A program made the translations under genes and the position numbers. Below, in pieces: positions 9,541 through 19,001 of a stretch of 64,000 nucleotides of DNA. The number at the start of each line of letters is the position of its first letter. The stretch's first letter is position 1. The notes under the pieces were generated by a model that did not search any database, was not told where the DNA came from, and was given only the letters and a program-made list of their open reading frames with translations. Origin of the DNA: Gemmatimonadota bacterium (GTDB lineage: Bacteria > Gemmatimonadota > Gemmatimonadetes > Gemmatimonadales > GWC2-71-9); contig JANLPG010000078.1 in assembly GCA_031367105.1 (NCBI GenBank), positions 10,954-74,953 on the forward strand. The letters are read 5' to 3'.

Positions 9541-10320
9541 CTAGAACGAGATGGTGAAGACACGAGATCCAGCGATCGCCACGCCGAGTGTATCGCGGGC
9601 TGGGCGGAAGCCGAACCGACGGATGGCCTCATCGAATTTTCGGGCGAAGCCGCGATCCTCGATCGGCGGTTTCACGATCACATCGGTCACCTTGCCAAGG
9701 GCATCAACATAAAAGGTTACTTCCACCGTCTTCCCCTTGAGGGATTTCGGCGGATCAATCGGTGGAATCATCATCTGCCGATTATCTGGCGGCGTCCCCA
9801 CGCGCGCGCCACCACCCGTTCCACCACCCGTTCCACCACCGCTTCCTGGCCCGGCTCCGCTGCCGCTACCCGTCCCAGTGCCGGTACCAGTACCACCCCC
9901 CGAGCCGCTGCCGCTCCCTGATGGCGCCGCGGTACTCGCCGCAGGGGCGGTGTCCCGACCGACGGGCGGCAGCACACTGGCCGGCGGCGGGACGATCTGC
10001 GGCAGCAGCGCGGGAACCGGCGGGGGCACCACCGCGGTGGTCGCCGGAGCGGGGGGCGGCACCGCCGCAAAGGACGCCCCGCCCTTTCCACCACCACCGC
10101 CGCCGCCAATCGCGAGCTGAAAGGCGTCGCCGATGGGCGACCGCCTGGGGGGTCGGCTCTCGACCGTGATCCTGAGCAAGGCGAAAATCAGCAGCAAGTG
10201 CAGCGCCGTGGAGACAATGACGGCGACCCGTCCCCGATCGGGCGGAAGTGGCAGTGACGCACGAACGCGGGCGCCCCCGGGGGGAGCGCCCGCGTCGCCA
10301 ACAACTGGCGCAGACTTCAA
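9541..10320 (-). CDS. tonB: TonB-family energy transducer with Gly/Ser/Thr/Pro-rich linker
   Basis: ORF track 9541..10533. TTG at 10320 lies just after the exbD stop. TM segment VAVIVSTALHLLLIFALL, a low-complexity linker, and a C-terminal TonB domain (KGKTVEVTFYVDALGKVTDV...FRPARD). Confidence 0.75.
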   Translation of the reverse strand: MKSAPVVGDAGAPPGGARVRASLPLPPDRGRVAVIVSTALHLLLIFALLRITVESRPPRRSPIGDAFQLAIGGGGGGGKGGASFAAVPPPAPATTAVVPPPVPALLPQIVPPPASVLPPVGRDTAPAASTAAPSGSGSGSGGGTGTGTGTGSGSGAGPGSGGGTGGGTGGGARVGTPPDNRQMMIPPIDPPKSLKGKTVEVTFYVDALGKVTDVIVKPPIEDRGFARKFDEAIRRFGFRPARDTLGVAIAGSRVFTISF

Positions 10321-10327
10321 GCCAGAC

Positions 10328-10738
10328 TCAGTTCGCCTCGATCGGGGTGAAGCCGACAATCTGCACTCCGGCTCCGCGAGCAATATCGATCGCTTCGATG
10401 ATTTCGCCATAGACACGCGTCGGATCCGGCTTGACGAAGAGCAGCTTCGCCGGTCGGGCATCGTAGATGGTATGGAATGCCTGCTCCAGCTGGGCCTTCG
10501 GGTACGTGGTGCCGTTGATGGCGTAGCTGCCATCGGACTTCAGCTGCAAGACGATCTGGGCACTCGGGGCCGTGGACGGGACCCCGGTTTCCACCGGCGG
10601 GATCTGGATGTCGATCGCCGCGCGTTTGAGGGCCTGGACGATCATGAAGATGATCAGCAGCACCAGCAAGACGTCGATCATGGGCGTCACGTTGATGTCG
10701 GAGTTGACGCCCCCGGAACTACCTGCGGCCATAGACAT
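10328..10738 (-). CDS. exbD: ExbD/TolR biopolymer transport protein (copy 2)
   Basis: INVTPMIDVLLVLLIIFM motif; 136 aa. Confidence 0.9.
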   Translation of the reverse strand: MSMAAGSSGGVNSDINVTPMIDVLLVLLIIFMIVQALKRAAIDIQIPPVETGVPSTAPSAQIVLQLKSDGSYAINGTTYPKAQLEQAFHTIYDARPAKLLFVKPDPTRVYGEIIEAIDIARGAGVQIVGFTPIEAN

Positions 10739-10741
10739 CCG

Positions 10742-11200
10742 CTATTTCTCCTTGTCCTTGGACACGCCCGAGAGTCCGCCCTTGCGATCGGTGATCGCGA
10801 CCAGAACTCGGGCGCCCGCACGGCGCCCTATCTCGATCGCTTCCTGCACCTTGCTGTACGGCAGCCCCAGATCCGCCTTGAAGAAGAGGATCTTGTCCTT
10901 GGTGCGGGCCGCGTACTTCGCCTTCAGCTGCGCCTCGGCCTGCTCCTTCGGAATCGGCTTCATATCGAGGAAGTAGTTCCCCTGATTGTCGAGGCCGAGG
11001 GTGATCTCATCGTCCTCCTCGGGGCGCGAATCCACGTTCTGGCCGGAGGGCATCGTCGCCTGGAAGCCGGAGGCCAGCACCGGCGTGACGATCATGAAGA
11101 TGATCAGCAGAACCAGCATCACGTCGATCATCGGCGTGACGTTGATATCGGCATTCACCCTCCCCTTGCCAGAACTACCCGTGGATATGGCCACTGCCAC
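10742..11200 (-). CDS. exbD: ExbD/TolR biopolymer transport protein (copy 1)
   Basis: INVTPMIDVMLVLLIIFM motif. GTG start overlaps the exbB 3' end. Confidence 0.9.
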   Translation of the reverse strand: MAVAISTGSSGKGRVNADINVTPMIDVMLVLLIIFMIVTPVLASGFQATMPSGQNVDSRPEEDDEITLGLDNQGNYFLDMKPIPKEQAEAQLKAKYAARTKDKILFFKADLGLPYSKVQEAIEIGRRAGARVLVAITDRKGGLSGVSKDKEK

Positions 11201-11924
11201 TCACCGCCTTCTGCGCCTGGAACTCCTTGGTGAAGATCGAGCGGCCGAACTCGCTCCCCACGCTCTTGATCAGGTAGTCGATCAGCTCCTTCGAGGTGTA
11301 GGTCATCTCGACGGCGAGGTTTTCGACCTTGGTCGTGAAGTAGTTGTATGCCCAGACGGCCGGAATCGCGACGATCAGCCCGAAGGCGGTCGTGATCAGC
11401 GCTTCGGCGATACCGGAGCCGATGCCGGCCAGGCCGCCGGCGGCGCCACCCGACGACATCGCCTGGAAGGCGTTGACGATACCCATCGTCGTGCCGAGCA
11501 GTCCGACGAACGGAGCGGTCGAACCGACGGTGCCAAGGATGCCCAGGCCGCGCTTGAACTCGGCCAGGGTGATCATCATCTGGCGCTCCACCGCACGTTC
11601 GGCCGAGTTGATGTCGGCCGCGGTGATGGTGGCACGGTCGCGAAGCAGCGGCTTCACTTCGGCGAGTGCGCCGCCGAGCACGCGGGCGACGTGCGACTCC
11701 TTGTTCTTCTCGGCCAGCGTGATCGCCTGATCGAGGTTCTCCTCCTGAATCGCGCGGGAGAATTGCGGCGCAAACTTGCGGGTGCCTGCCTCGCTCTTCT
11801 TGATCTTGATGAGCTTCTGGATCACGATCGTCAGCGAGTAGATCGACATGATTGCCAGCACTACCACGATGCCACGGGCGAACAGACCGGCATCATCCCA
11901 CAGCTTCATCATACTGGTGTTCAT
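11175..11924 (-). CDS. exbB: MotA/TolQ/ExbB proton channel protein
   Basis: 249 aa. LGILGTVGSTAPFVGLLGTTMGI motif and three TM segments. Confidence 0.9.
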   Translation of the reverse strand: MNTSMMKLWDDAGLFARGIVVVLAIMSIYSLTIVIQKLIKIKKSEAGTRKFAPQFSRAIQEENLDQAITLAEKNKESHVARVLGGALAEVKPLLRDRATITAADINSAERAVERQMMITLAEFKRGLGILGTVGSTAPFVGLLGTTMGIVNAFQAMSSGGAAGGLAGIGSGIAEALITTAFGLIVAIPAVWAYNYFTTKVENLAVEMTYTSKELIDYLIKSVGSEFGRSIFTKEFQAQKAVSGSGHIHG

Positions 11925-11993
11925 TGGATGACCATTCCTGAGTGAAGAGTTCCGGCCGCGACGGCGCGGCCCGCTATTCCGGCGAGTGCGCCG

Positions 11994-12704
11994 TCAACCT
12001 TGCAACGAGAATCGGACTGCCTGTTCGACCAGCTGACGCACTGGCGCCCCGCGGATCTTGGCCGGCTTGAAACGGGCCCGCTTGATCGCTTCGATGGCCG
12101 GAGCCTCGAAGGCCTTGTTGGTCGAGCTGAGCACCTGGATCGTGGACGTCTCGGTCCGACCGTCGGTTCCGACCACGAAGCGGAGCGACACCTTCCCCTC
12201 GACACCGGCCGACTTCAGGACTGGCGGATAGACCGGGTTCGCACCATCGAGGTACTGCACCGGATCATCGACCTGATCGACCGTGAACGACTCGCCGCTC
12301 TCGATCGAGACCGGGCCGACGCCGCCGACGACGCCGCGCGCGATGCCGCCCTCGACACCCTTCCCCGAGAAGTCCTTGGCATTGAACTTCTGGTTGAGGT
12401 CGACCGGCGGGATCTCGGTCGGGATCTCCTTGGGCGGCACGATCGTCTGGAATCCCTGCGGCGGCGGATTATTCGAGATGACCACGTCCGGCGGCGGCTG
12501 ATCCGGCGGCGGTGGCGGTGGCGGGTCGGGCGGCTTGATGAACACCGCCGTCGTGTCCGCGAGAAGCTTCTTGACCGTCTCGGCAGCACCCTGCGTTGCC
12601 TTGACGGCGCCGAGAATGAGCAGGATGTGCAAAATCACCGAGGTGACCAGCTGCCCGGTGGACTGCTCCTTCTTCGGCCTGGACTCGATCAGGTTTTCAA
12701 ACAC
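11994..12704 (-). CDS. tonB: TonB-family energy transducer
   Basis: ORF track 11994..12953. GTG at 12704 sits 9 nt after GGAGG. TM segment LVTSVILHILLILGAV, Pro-rich PPDPPPPPPPDQPPP, and a C-terminal TonB domain (YPPVLKSAGVEGKVSLRFVV...FKPAK). Confidence 0.85.
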   Translation of the reverse strand: MFENLIESRPKKEQSTGQLVTSVILHILLILGAVKATQGAAETVKKLLADTTAVFIKPPDPPPPPPPDQPPPDVVISNNPPPQGFQTIVPPKEIPTEIPPVDLNQKFNAKDFSGKGVEGGIARGVVGGVGPVSIESGESFTVDQVDDPVQYLDGANPVYPPVLKSAGVEGKVSLRFVVGTDGRTETSTIQVLSSTNKAFEAPAIEAIKRARFKPAKIRGAPVRQLVEQAVRFSLQG

Positions 12705-12789
12705 GCGGACGGACCTCCGCTGATGAGACTGGATGCTGCACGGTCGGGAAGAAAGGTCGCTATCCGAGTTCGCGGCGGCTTCACCACGG

Positions 12790-12808
12790 GATGACAATTC
12801 GATGACAA
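12790..12808 (-). repeat. direct repeat GATGACAA x2 (TTGTCATC on the coding strand) in 11-bp register, upstream of the tonB-exbBD operon; candidate regulator or promoter site
   Basis: Read directly: GATGACAA at 12790-12797 and at 12801-12808, in the AT-richer 125-bp gap between the HAMP kinase and tonB. Confidence 0.3.
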
Positions 12809-12829
12809 GTAGATTAGCGGTCGCTGCGA

Positions 12830-14326
12830 TTAATCGGAGGTGACGTCGGTCGGCCCTTCGGGGACACCCCGGGGCAGCGTCACCGTGAAGATAGTACCTC
12901 GTCCCGGCCGACTCTGCACCGCAATGCCCCCCCCGTGCGCCTCGGCGATCCATTTGCAGATCGCCAGCCCGAGTCCGGTCCCAGGCCGTTCACCGGTCCG
13001 GGACCGGGCGGGATCCGCCCGCCAGAAGCGCTCGAAAACGTGCTCCAGGTCGCCCGGGGCGATGCCAATCCCGGTATCGGCGACGCTCAGCACTGCGGAT
13101 TCGTCGGTTTCGCTCAGTCGGATGCTGACCTGACCCCCGGCCGGGGTGTACTTGACCGCGTTGGTGACCAGGTTCATCAGGAGTTGCCGGATCCGGGGCG
13201 GATCCAGCGGGACCACCACCGGCTCGGGCGGGAGGTCACTCCGCACGGTGATCCCCTGGTCGGTACCGAGGAGCTCGGCGGTCTCCAGCGCCTCCCGCAC
13301 CAATTCGCGGAGGTCGGCGTCGCGTTGCACCAATCCGGCGCGCCCCTCGTCGGCGCGGGCCAGCGTCAGCAGGTTGGTGACGAGTTCCGACATCTGGTTG
13401 ATCTGCCGGAGTGTCTCATCGAGCGACCCCATCAACTCGTTGGGGGTCTCGGGATCGGTCAGCGACCGCTCGACCCCGGCGCGCAGCACCATCAACGGCG
13501 TCTTGAGCTCGTGGGAAGCGTCGGCGGTGAACCGGCGCAGCGCATTGAAGCTCCCTTCCACGCGGGAAATCATTTCATTGAGCTTTTCGGCCAATCGGCT
13601 GAGCTCGTCTTCGCCGGCAGGGACGGCCAGGCGCCGATGGAGCGAGCGGCCGTCCTGGATTGCCTCGAGCTCCGCAACGATGCCGTCCACCGACCGGAGC
13701 GGCCGTCCGGCAAGCCAGTAGCCCACGAGGGTGGAGGCCACCAGAATCAGCGGCGCCACCAGAATCATCGAGACCAGCAGCTGCGCCGGTCCATTCAGCT
13801 CCGTCGTCGGCTGCGCCGCGACCAGGATGGACCCCAATTCGCCACCGACCGAACCAATCGAGTCGAGCAGGAAGCGGAACTCCGGCTGGCCGGGGAGGAG
13901 CTCCAATTGGCCGCGGCGCTGCACGACGGGCTGGCGCAGAATGATCCGCCGCACCTCGATGAGCGCCTGTGCTGTCAGGTTGCGCGCCGGTGGGGAGACG
14001 TACACCAGGCGGCCTGCGTTGTCGGCGACGAAGAGATAGTCGCGCATCCCCTCGAACATCGTTCGTGCGTCGCTGACCAGCTCGTAGGTGCTGTCCCGCT
14101 GGCCGAGGTTTGGCAGTGCCACGACGACCTGCCCCTGCCGCGCCTGCTCCTGGAGCCAGCGGATCGCGAAGCGAAACTCCTCGGTCAGCCGCACCTCGAG
14201 TTGCTGCTCCGCCTCCCGCACCGACGACTGGCGTCGTTCCCAATACAGCGCCGCCCCGAACACGATGATTGTCGCGGTCAGGGCGATGGTGTACGAGATG
14301 GCAAGCCGGCTGCGGATGGAGTGCAT
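12830..14326 (-). CDS. membrane sensor histidine kinase (2 TM, HAMP, HisKA, HATPase_c)
   Basis: H-box FTADASHELKTPL; G-boxes DTGIGI and GTGLGLAI. The start abuts the regulator stop. Confidence 0.9.
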   Translation of the reverse strand: MHSIRSRLAISYTIALTATIIVFGAALYWERRQSSVREAEQQLEVRLTEEFRFAIRWLQEQARQGQVVVALPNLGQRDSTYELVSDARTMFEGMRDYLFVADNAGRLVYVSPPARNLTAQALIEVRRIILRQPVVQRRGQLELLPGQPEFRFLLDSIGSVGGELGSILVAAQPTTELNGPAQLLVSMILVAPLILVASTLVGYWLAGRPLRSVDGIVAELEAIQDGRSLHRRLAVPAGEDELSRLAEKLNEMISRVEGSFNALRRFTADASHELKTPLMVLRAGVERSLTDPETPNELMGSLDETLRQINQMSELVTNLLTLARADEGRAGLVQRDADLRELVREALETAELLGTDQGITVRSDLPPEPVVVPLDPPRIRQLLMNLVTNAVKYTPAGGQVSIRLSETDESAVLSVADTGIGIAPGDLEHVFERFWRADPARSRTGERPGTGLGLAICKWIAEAHGGGIAVQSRPGRGTIFTVTLPRGVPEGPTDVTSD

Positions 14327-14995
14327 CTACCCCTTCACCACATAGCCCACGCCGCGCACCGTGTGCACCAGCTTCTGGGTGAAGCCGGCGTCCACCTTCT
14401 TGCGGAGTCGATTGATCACCACGTCGACGATGTTGGTCCCAGGATCGAAATGATAGTCCCAGGCATACTCGGTGATCAGGGTGCGCGACATCACCCGCCC
14501 GGGGTGCCGCATCAGGTATTCGAGGACGGAATATTCCTTCGGCGTCAGCTCGATCGTGGCACCGTCGCGGCGGACTTCGCGAGTATCAAGGTCGAGCTCG
14601 AGATCCGCGATCCGGAGCGCGCGAGCCGAGAGCACCCGGGGTCGTCGCGAGAGCGCCTCGATCCGTGCGAGGAGCTCTTCAAAGGCAAACGGCTTGGTGA
14701 CATAATCATCCGCGCCGGCGCGCAGTGCATCCACCTTGAACTCGACGCCGTCCTGCGCCGTCAGCACCAGAATCGGCATCGTCAGGCCTCGGTCCCGGAG
14801 GGTACGCAGGACTTCGAGGCCGGTCATCCCGGGCAACCGCAGGTCGAGTATCACCAGATCGTAATGGGCAGCGGAGGCGACCTTCAGCGCCTCGGCACCG
14901 TCGTCAACCCAGTCGGCGATGTATTGCTGCTCCTCCAACCCGCGCTTGACGTACTGGCCGACCGTCCTGTCGTCCTCCACGACCAGCAGCTTCAT
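14327..14995 (-). CDS. OmpR/PhoB-family response regulator
   Basis: MKLLVVEDD..., receiver Asp context LVILDLRLPG, winged-helix C-terminus (VHTVRGVGY). Confidence 0.95.
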   Translation of the reverse strand: MKLLVVEDDRTVGQYVKRGLEEQQYIADWVDDGAEALKVASAAHYDLVILDLRLPGMTGLEVLRTLRDRGLTMPILVLTAQDGVEFKVDALRAGADDYVTKPFAFEELLARIEALSRRPRVLSARALRIADLELDLDTREVRRDGATIELTPKEYSVLEYLMRHPGRVMSRTLITEYAWDYHFDPGTNIVDVVINRLRKKVDAGFTQKLVHTVRGVGYVVKG

Positions 14996-16431
14996 TGCGG
15001 GCCTCCCCCTCTCGCAGCCGGCAGTGCCATTCGGAACACCGTGCCCCGGCCCTGCTCACTGCGCACATCGAGACGCCCGTGATGGTCGGCGACGATGCCA
15101 TAGCAGATGGCCAGGCCGAGGCCGGTTCCGCGCGAGGGCCCCTTGGTGGTGTAGAACGGTTCGAAGATTTTCGGCAGGACATCGGGCGGGATCCCGGGCC
15201 CGTCGTCGTGGAACTCGGCGACGACCGTCGCGCCTTCGAGCCGGGTGCGCACGATCACCGCACCGTGCCCGTTGGTGGCGTCCGCTGCATTCAACAGTAT
15301 GGCCATCGCCGCCTGCACCAGGCGTTCGCTGTTACCGTCGATGGCCGGGAGGTCCGGAGCCAGATCGCGGGTGACCCGCAGGCGTCGAAACCGTTGATGA
15401 TGCTTGAGCAGGTAGAGCGTACGTTCGAGCAGGGCGTTGAGGTCGGTCGGCTCGAAGGCACCGCCGCCGCGGCTGGCGCGAGAGAAATCGAGCAGGCCGT
15501 CCACAATGTTGGTGCAGCGACCGACTTCGCTCTCGATGATGTCGAGATATTCCCGCACGACCGGTTCGGCGGAGCTCCCCAGGCGCGATGAAATGGCAGC
15601 AACACACGCGCCAATCGTCGCGAGCGGATTGTTGATCTCGTGCATCACCCCGGCAGCGAGCTGCCCGACGGCAGCGAGCTTCTCGGTCTGATGCATGGCG
15701 CGCTGAATGATGCGGGTTTCGGTGACGTCTTCTCCGATGCTGATGACGTGGGTCACCGCTGCACCATCAAGTCGCATCGGAATCCTGGAGGTGCGATAAA
15801 TTCTGGGCTCCCCATCTCCGATCTGTACTTCCTGCTCGCTCTCGTGGGTCTCACCGGTCGAGAAGACGCTCTCGAACTCCTCCCGGAGCGATGCGGCTGG
15901 TTGGCGGAACAGCACATCGTAGACCGTCCGGCCGAGCACATCCTCCCGGCGGAGTCCCTGCATTCCGGTTTCGCGCTTGCGATTCCAGACGATGATGCGG
16001 AAGTGGTCGTCGACCACGTACAGACCGACCGAAAGGGAGTCGATTGTGAGGCGGTGGATCCTCCGCTCGAGGGAGGCTTCGTCGACGGTGCCCAATTCGA
16101 AGGTAGGCAACACGGTGGCCACCACCGCCGCGACGGTTTCGAGCAGTGGGCGCAGTTCCGCCAGCGGTCGTGCGCAGTCGACAACTTCGAGGACCGCGTG
16201 GCGATCGCCACGCCAGGGAATCACGACCGAAAATGGGGCAGCGTGGTGGTTGGAGCCGCCCGTCACGGTGACCTCATCCGCGCGGCGGGACCCAGCGCGC
16301 AAGCGGACCTCGTGCGCCGGCAGCGTCTCGCGCAAGAATTCGCAGAGCGCTCGCAACCGCTCCGCGGCCGGCACAGCCACGCCGAGCGTCCGGGCGGCAC
16401 CAGCGAGAATCGCCAGCGGCGGCATCTCCAT
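14992..16431 (-). CDS. cytoplasmic PAS-domain sensor histidine kinase
   Basis: ORF track 14992..16470. Start is probably the ATG at 16431 (residue 14), which avoids overlap with the upstream gene. H-box HEINNPLATI and G2 box GTGLGLAI. The stop overlaps the regulator start. Confidence 0.85.
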   Translation of the reverse strand: MEMPPLAILAGAARTLGVAVPAAERLRALCEFLRETLPAHEVRLRAGSRRADEVTVTGGSNHHAAPFSVVIPWRGDRHAVLEVVDCARPLAELRPLLETVAAVVATVLPTFELGTVDEASLERRIHRLTIDSLSVGLYVVDDHFRIIVWNRKRETGMQGLRREDVLGRTVYDVLFRQPAASLREEFESVFSTGETHESEQEVQIGDGEPRIYRTSRIPMRLDGAAVTHVISIGEDVTETRIIQRAMHQTEKLAAVGQLAAGVMHEINNPLATIGACVAAISSRLGSSAEPVVREYLDIIESEVGRCTNIVDGLLDFSRASRGGGAFEPTDLNALLERTLYLLKHHQRFRRLRVTRDLAPDLPAIDGNSERLVQAAMAILLNAADATNGHGAVIVRTRLEGATVVAEFHDDGPGIPPDVLPKIFEPFYTTKGPSRGTGLGLAICYGIVADHHGRLDVRSEQGRGTVFRMALPAARGGGPQ

Positions 16432-16445
16432 CCGGGCGGGCTCGC

Positions 16446-16919
16446 TCACGGCGCTGAGCGGAGGCGCCACGGGCCAAGGACCGCGTGGGCGATGCGCCAG
16501 GCGCCGTCGCGCCGGGCAAGAGTGAGAAAATCGGCGGCCTCATAGTCGCCTTGCCCCACGTTGTTCTCCACCGCGATCACCATTCGCGCCGTCGCCAGGT
16601 CGCCATCCGAGCGCACCTCGGATCGGATGATCCGCACCCCGGCGCGTTCGGTCCGATGCTCCGGCACGTCGAACAGTGCGCGCGCGGGAACCAGAGTGGC
16701 TGGATTGGTGCCCCCATCGATCAGGACCGTAGCAGCCGGAAAGATGGCACGCCCGAACGCCGCGGTATCGTGCCTCGTCAGCGAGCGGTAGAACGCCGTG
16801 GTCACACCCTGGAGCGCCGCGTCCTCATTTCGCGCACCACTGGGGGCCCGCGTGTCGAACCGACACCCGGTGGCGGCAAGCAACAGCAGCAGGTGGGAGA
16901 GGCGCTTCAGGGAACACAT
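16446..16919 (-). CDS. SnoaL/NTF2-like (DUF4440-type) lipoprotein
   Basis: ORF track 16446..17072. ATG at 16919 gives MCSLKRLSHLLLLLAATGC (lipobox). The body resembles small NTF2-fold proteins; the fold call is from pattern only. Confidence 0.5.
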   Translation of the reverse strand: MCSLKRLSHLLLLLAATGCRFDTRAPSGARNEDAALQGVTTAFYRSLTRHDTAAFGRAIFPAATVLIDGGTNPATLVPARALFDVPEHRTERAGVRIIRSEVRSDGDLATARMVIAVENNVGQGDYEAADFLTLARRDGAWRIAHAVLGPWRLRSAP

Positions 16920-16977
16920 CGAGTGGAAGGTGGCGTCGCGACCCCGGTGATGCCAAGGGCCGCGATGCACGGAGGGC

Positions 16978-17439
16978 TTACCGCAACGCCGCGAGCTGCG
17001 CCAGCAGCTCACTGTTTTCTCGCCGGTGGCCCAGCTCGGTCTCCTCCCAGGCCCACCGGACGATCCCGTCACGATCGATCAGGATGTAGGCCCGGGATGT
17101 GTGGTTCTTCGCTTCGATCAGCGTGCCGTAGGCGCGCGATGCGGTTCGCAGGAAGTCGCTCACCAGCTCTACTCGCATTTTGCCATGATCCCTGAACGCC
17201 TTCAGTGTGGGGATGGAATCCACGCTGATGGGGAGCACCGCCGCACCTGCGCTGGCGAACTGCTCGAAGTCGTCGGAGAATGCCCGCAACTCGGTGGTAC
17301 ACGTCGAGGTGAAGGCGAGTGGAAAAAAGGCCAGGAGCACGCTCTGCTTGCCGCGATACGCGGAGAGGGTGAGCTGTGCTCCGCTGGTCGAGGGCAGGGT
17401 AAAATCGGGAGCTACGGAGCCGACAGCTGGGAGCGACAT
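16978..17439 (-). CDS. peroxiredoxin (AhpC/TSA, Bcp/AhpE-like)
   Basis: VGSVAPDFTLP...LLAFFPLAFTSTC peroxidatic Cys motif. Confidence 0.9.
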   Translation of the reverse strand: MSLPAVGSVAPDFTLPSTSGAQLTLSAYRGKQSVLLAFFPLAFTSTCTTELRAFSDDFEQFASAGAAVLPISVDSIPTLKAFRDHGKMRVELVSDFLRTASRAYGTLIEAKNHTSRAYILIDRDGIVRWAWEETELGHRRENSELLAQLAALR

Positions 17440-17449
17440 CCCGGGCGCC

Positions 17450-18061
17450 TCACCGACCGGCCGAGTAGCGCCGGCCGACCTCGCTCCAATTCACCACGTT
17501 CCACCAGGCCGAGACATAGTCGGGACGACGATTCTGGTACTTGAGGTAGTAGGCGTGTTCCCACACATCGCAGCCCAGAATTGGCTGCCGCCCCTCCATC
17601 GCCGGTGAATCCTGATTCGGCGTGCTCTCGATCGAGAGGACGCCGCCCTTCGCGACGACCAGCCAGCCCCACCCCGACCCGAAGCGCGTGACGCACGCCT
17701 TGGCGAACTGCTCCTTGAAGCCATCGAGACTGCTGAAGGCGGCATCGATCGCCTTGGCGAGATCGCCCTCTGGCGCCGAAGCCCCACCCGGTGCCATCAT
17801 CTCCCAGAACATCGTGTGGTTGTAGTGGCCACCCCCATTGTTCCGGACGGCAGCGCGCTTCGGCTCAGGTACCTGTGCGAGATTACCGACTAACTCCCGA
17901 ATCGGCATCGTCAGCAGCTCAGGCAGCCCCTCGAGCGCAGCATTGAGATTCGTAACGTAGGCAGCGTGATGCTTGTCGTGATGAATCCGCATCGTCGGTT
18001 CGTCGACGTGAGGCTCGAGCGCGGCGTAGTCGTACGGGAGGGGAGGCAGTGTGAAGGACAT
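17450..18061 (-). CDS. Fe/Mn superoxide dismutase
   Basis: ORF track 17450..18304. ATG at 18061 gives [18 protein letters not shown]...HHDKHH; C-terminal DVWEHAYYL. Confidence 0.95.
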   Translation of the reverse strand: MSFTLPPLPYDYAALEPHVDEPTMRIHHDKHHAAYVTNLNAALEGLPELLTMPIRELVGNLAQVPEPKRAAVRNNGGGHYNHTMFWEMMAPGGASAPEGDLAKAIDAAFSSLDGFKEQFAKACVTRFGSGWGWLVVAKGGVLSIESTPNQDSPAMEGRQPILGCDVWEHAYYLKYQNRRPDYVSAWWNVVNWSEVGRRYSAGR

Positions 18062-18195
18062 CGGGTAGCTCCGGCAGGGGTAAGCAGAAGATCGAAAGAT
18101 GGGCCGCCCCGAAGGGTTGGGCAACGCGTCCAGCACTTGAGCCCTGCTGCAGGACGCCGATACTCGTTCAGGGTACTTACTGAGGACTGCAGATC

Positions 18196-18702
18196 GTGGC
18201 CCTATCGCTCCGTTTTGCCCTGACCTCGCCAGGACGCGCTGTTGTCGCCCTCGAAGCCGACGACTTGCGGGTGGCGATGCAGGCGACCGACGAAACCGAT
18301 GCACTGGGCGACTTGACCCGTGCCGCCGTCACGTTGCTGGAAGGCGTCGATCGGGCGTCCCTGGTTCTCGAGGACGCCCCTGGGGTGCACGAATGGACCT
18401 TTGAGCGGCAGGGGGAACTCGTCCAGTTGCGCATTCACAGCTGGGCCGACCGCCGATCGGGTAGCGCGGATATGGTGATGTCTCAGGAGCGTTCGGTTGC
18501 ACTCGCCTGCCCGCTCGCCGTGCTGGCCCGCGAACTCGTGCTGGTCCTCGACGTGCTCTGGGTCGGCCACGGCCCCGACGGTTGGGCCAGGCTGTCGCCC
18601 AAGCACCCATTCCCGGCCGCCGAGCGCCGCCGACTGCGCCAGCTGCTCGCCGTCGCGGCCCGCCGGAGCGCCGAACACCGCCCAGCAATCGAGGGCGATT
18701 AG
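18196..18702 (+). CDS. hypothetical protein (no recognisable domain)
   Basis: 168-aa ORF with GC-rich third codon positions, divergent from sod. Its 3' end overlaps the convergent DUF167 gene by 4 nt. Confidence 0.45.
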   Translation: MALSLRFALTSPGRAVVALEADDLRVAMQATDETDALGDLTRAAVTLLEGVDRASLVLEDAPGVHEWTFERQGELVQLRIHSWADRRSGSADMVMSQERSVALACPLAVLARELVLVLDVLWVGHGPDGWARLSPKHPFPAAERRRLRQLLAVAARRSAEHRPAIEGD

Positions 18703-19001
18703 CGGTCCGTCTCAGCCCGCGGGATCAGAAGTCGGGTAGCCCACGCCACATCCACCCCAGCCACATCCACCATTTTCGCGCGAGACATCGCCCCCCGGAC
18801 CAGGGTCACGGCCCGCGTCGGAACTCCCAGCCGGCTCGCCAGGAAACGAAGCAGCGCCTCGTTGGCTCTCCCTTCGACGGGGGGAGCCGCGAGGCGCAGT
18901 TTGATTGCTTCGCCATAGCGACCGACGATCTCCGTCTGCGACGCACCGGGCTGGACGTGCACCGTCAGGCGCACCCCGGCCGGTGTCGCAACGATGGTCA
19001 C
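18699..19001 (-). CDS. DUF167 (YggU) family protein
   Basis: GVRLTVHVQPGASQTEIVG...LRLAAPPVEGRANEALLRFLA matches the family pattern. The start overlaps the stop of the upstream PPIase. Confidence 0.8.
   Translation of the reverse strand: MTIVATPAGVRLTVHVQPGASQTEIVGRYGEAIKLRLAAPPVEGRANEALLRFLASRLGVPTRAVTLVRGAMSRAKMVDVAGVDVAWATRLLIPRAETDR

Noticed and set aside
12935-15082. 715-aa ORF on the + strand spanning the kinase and regulator genes.
   Set aside because: It is antisense to two genes with unmistakable HisKA/HATPase and receiver/winged-helix motifs. Its product is Arg/Gly/Pro/His-rich with no motif. This is a typical high-GC shadow ORF.
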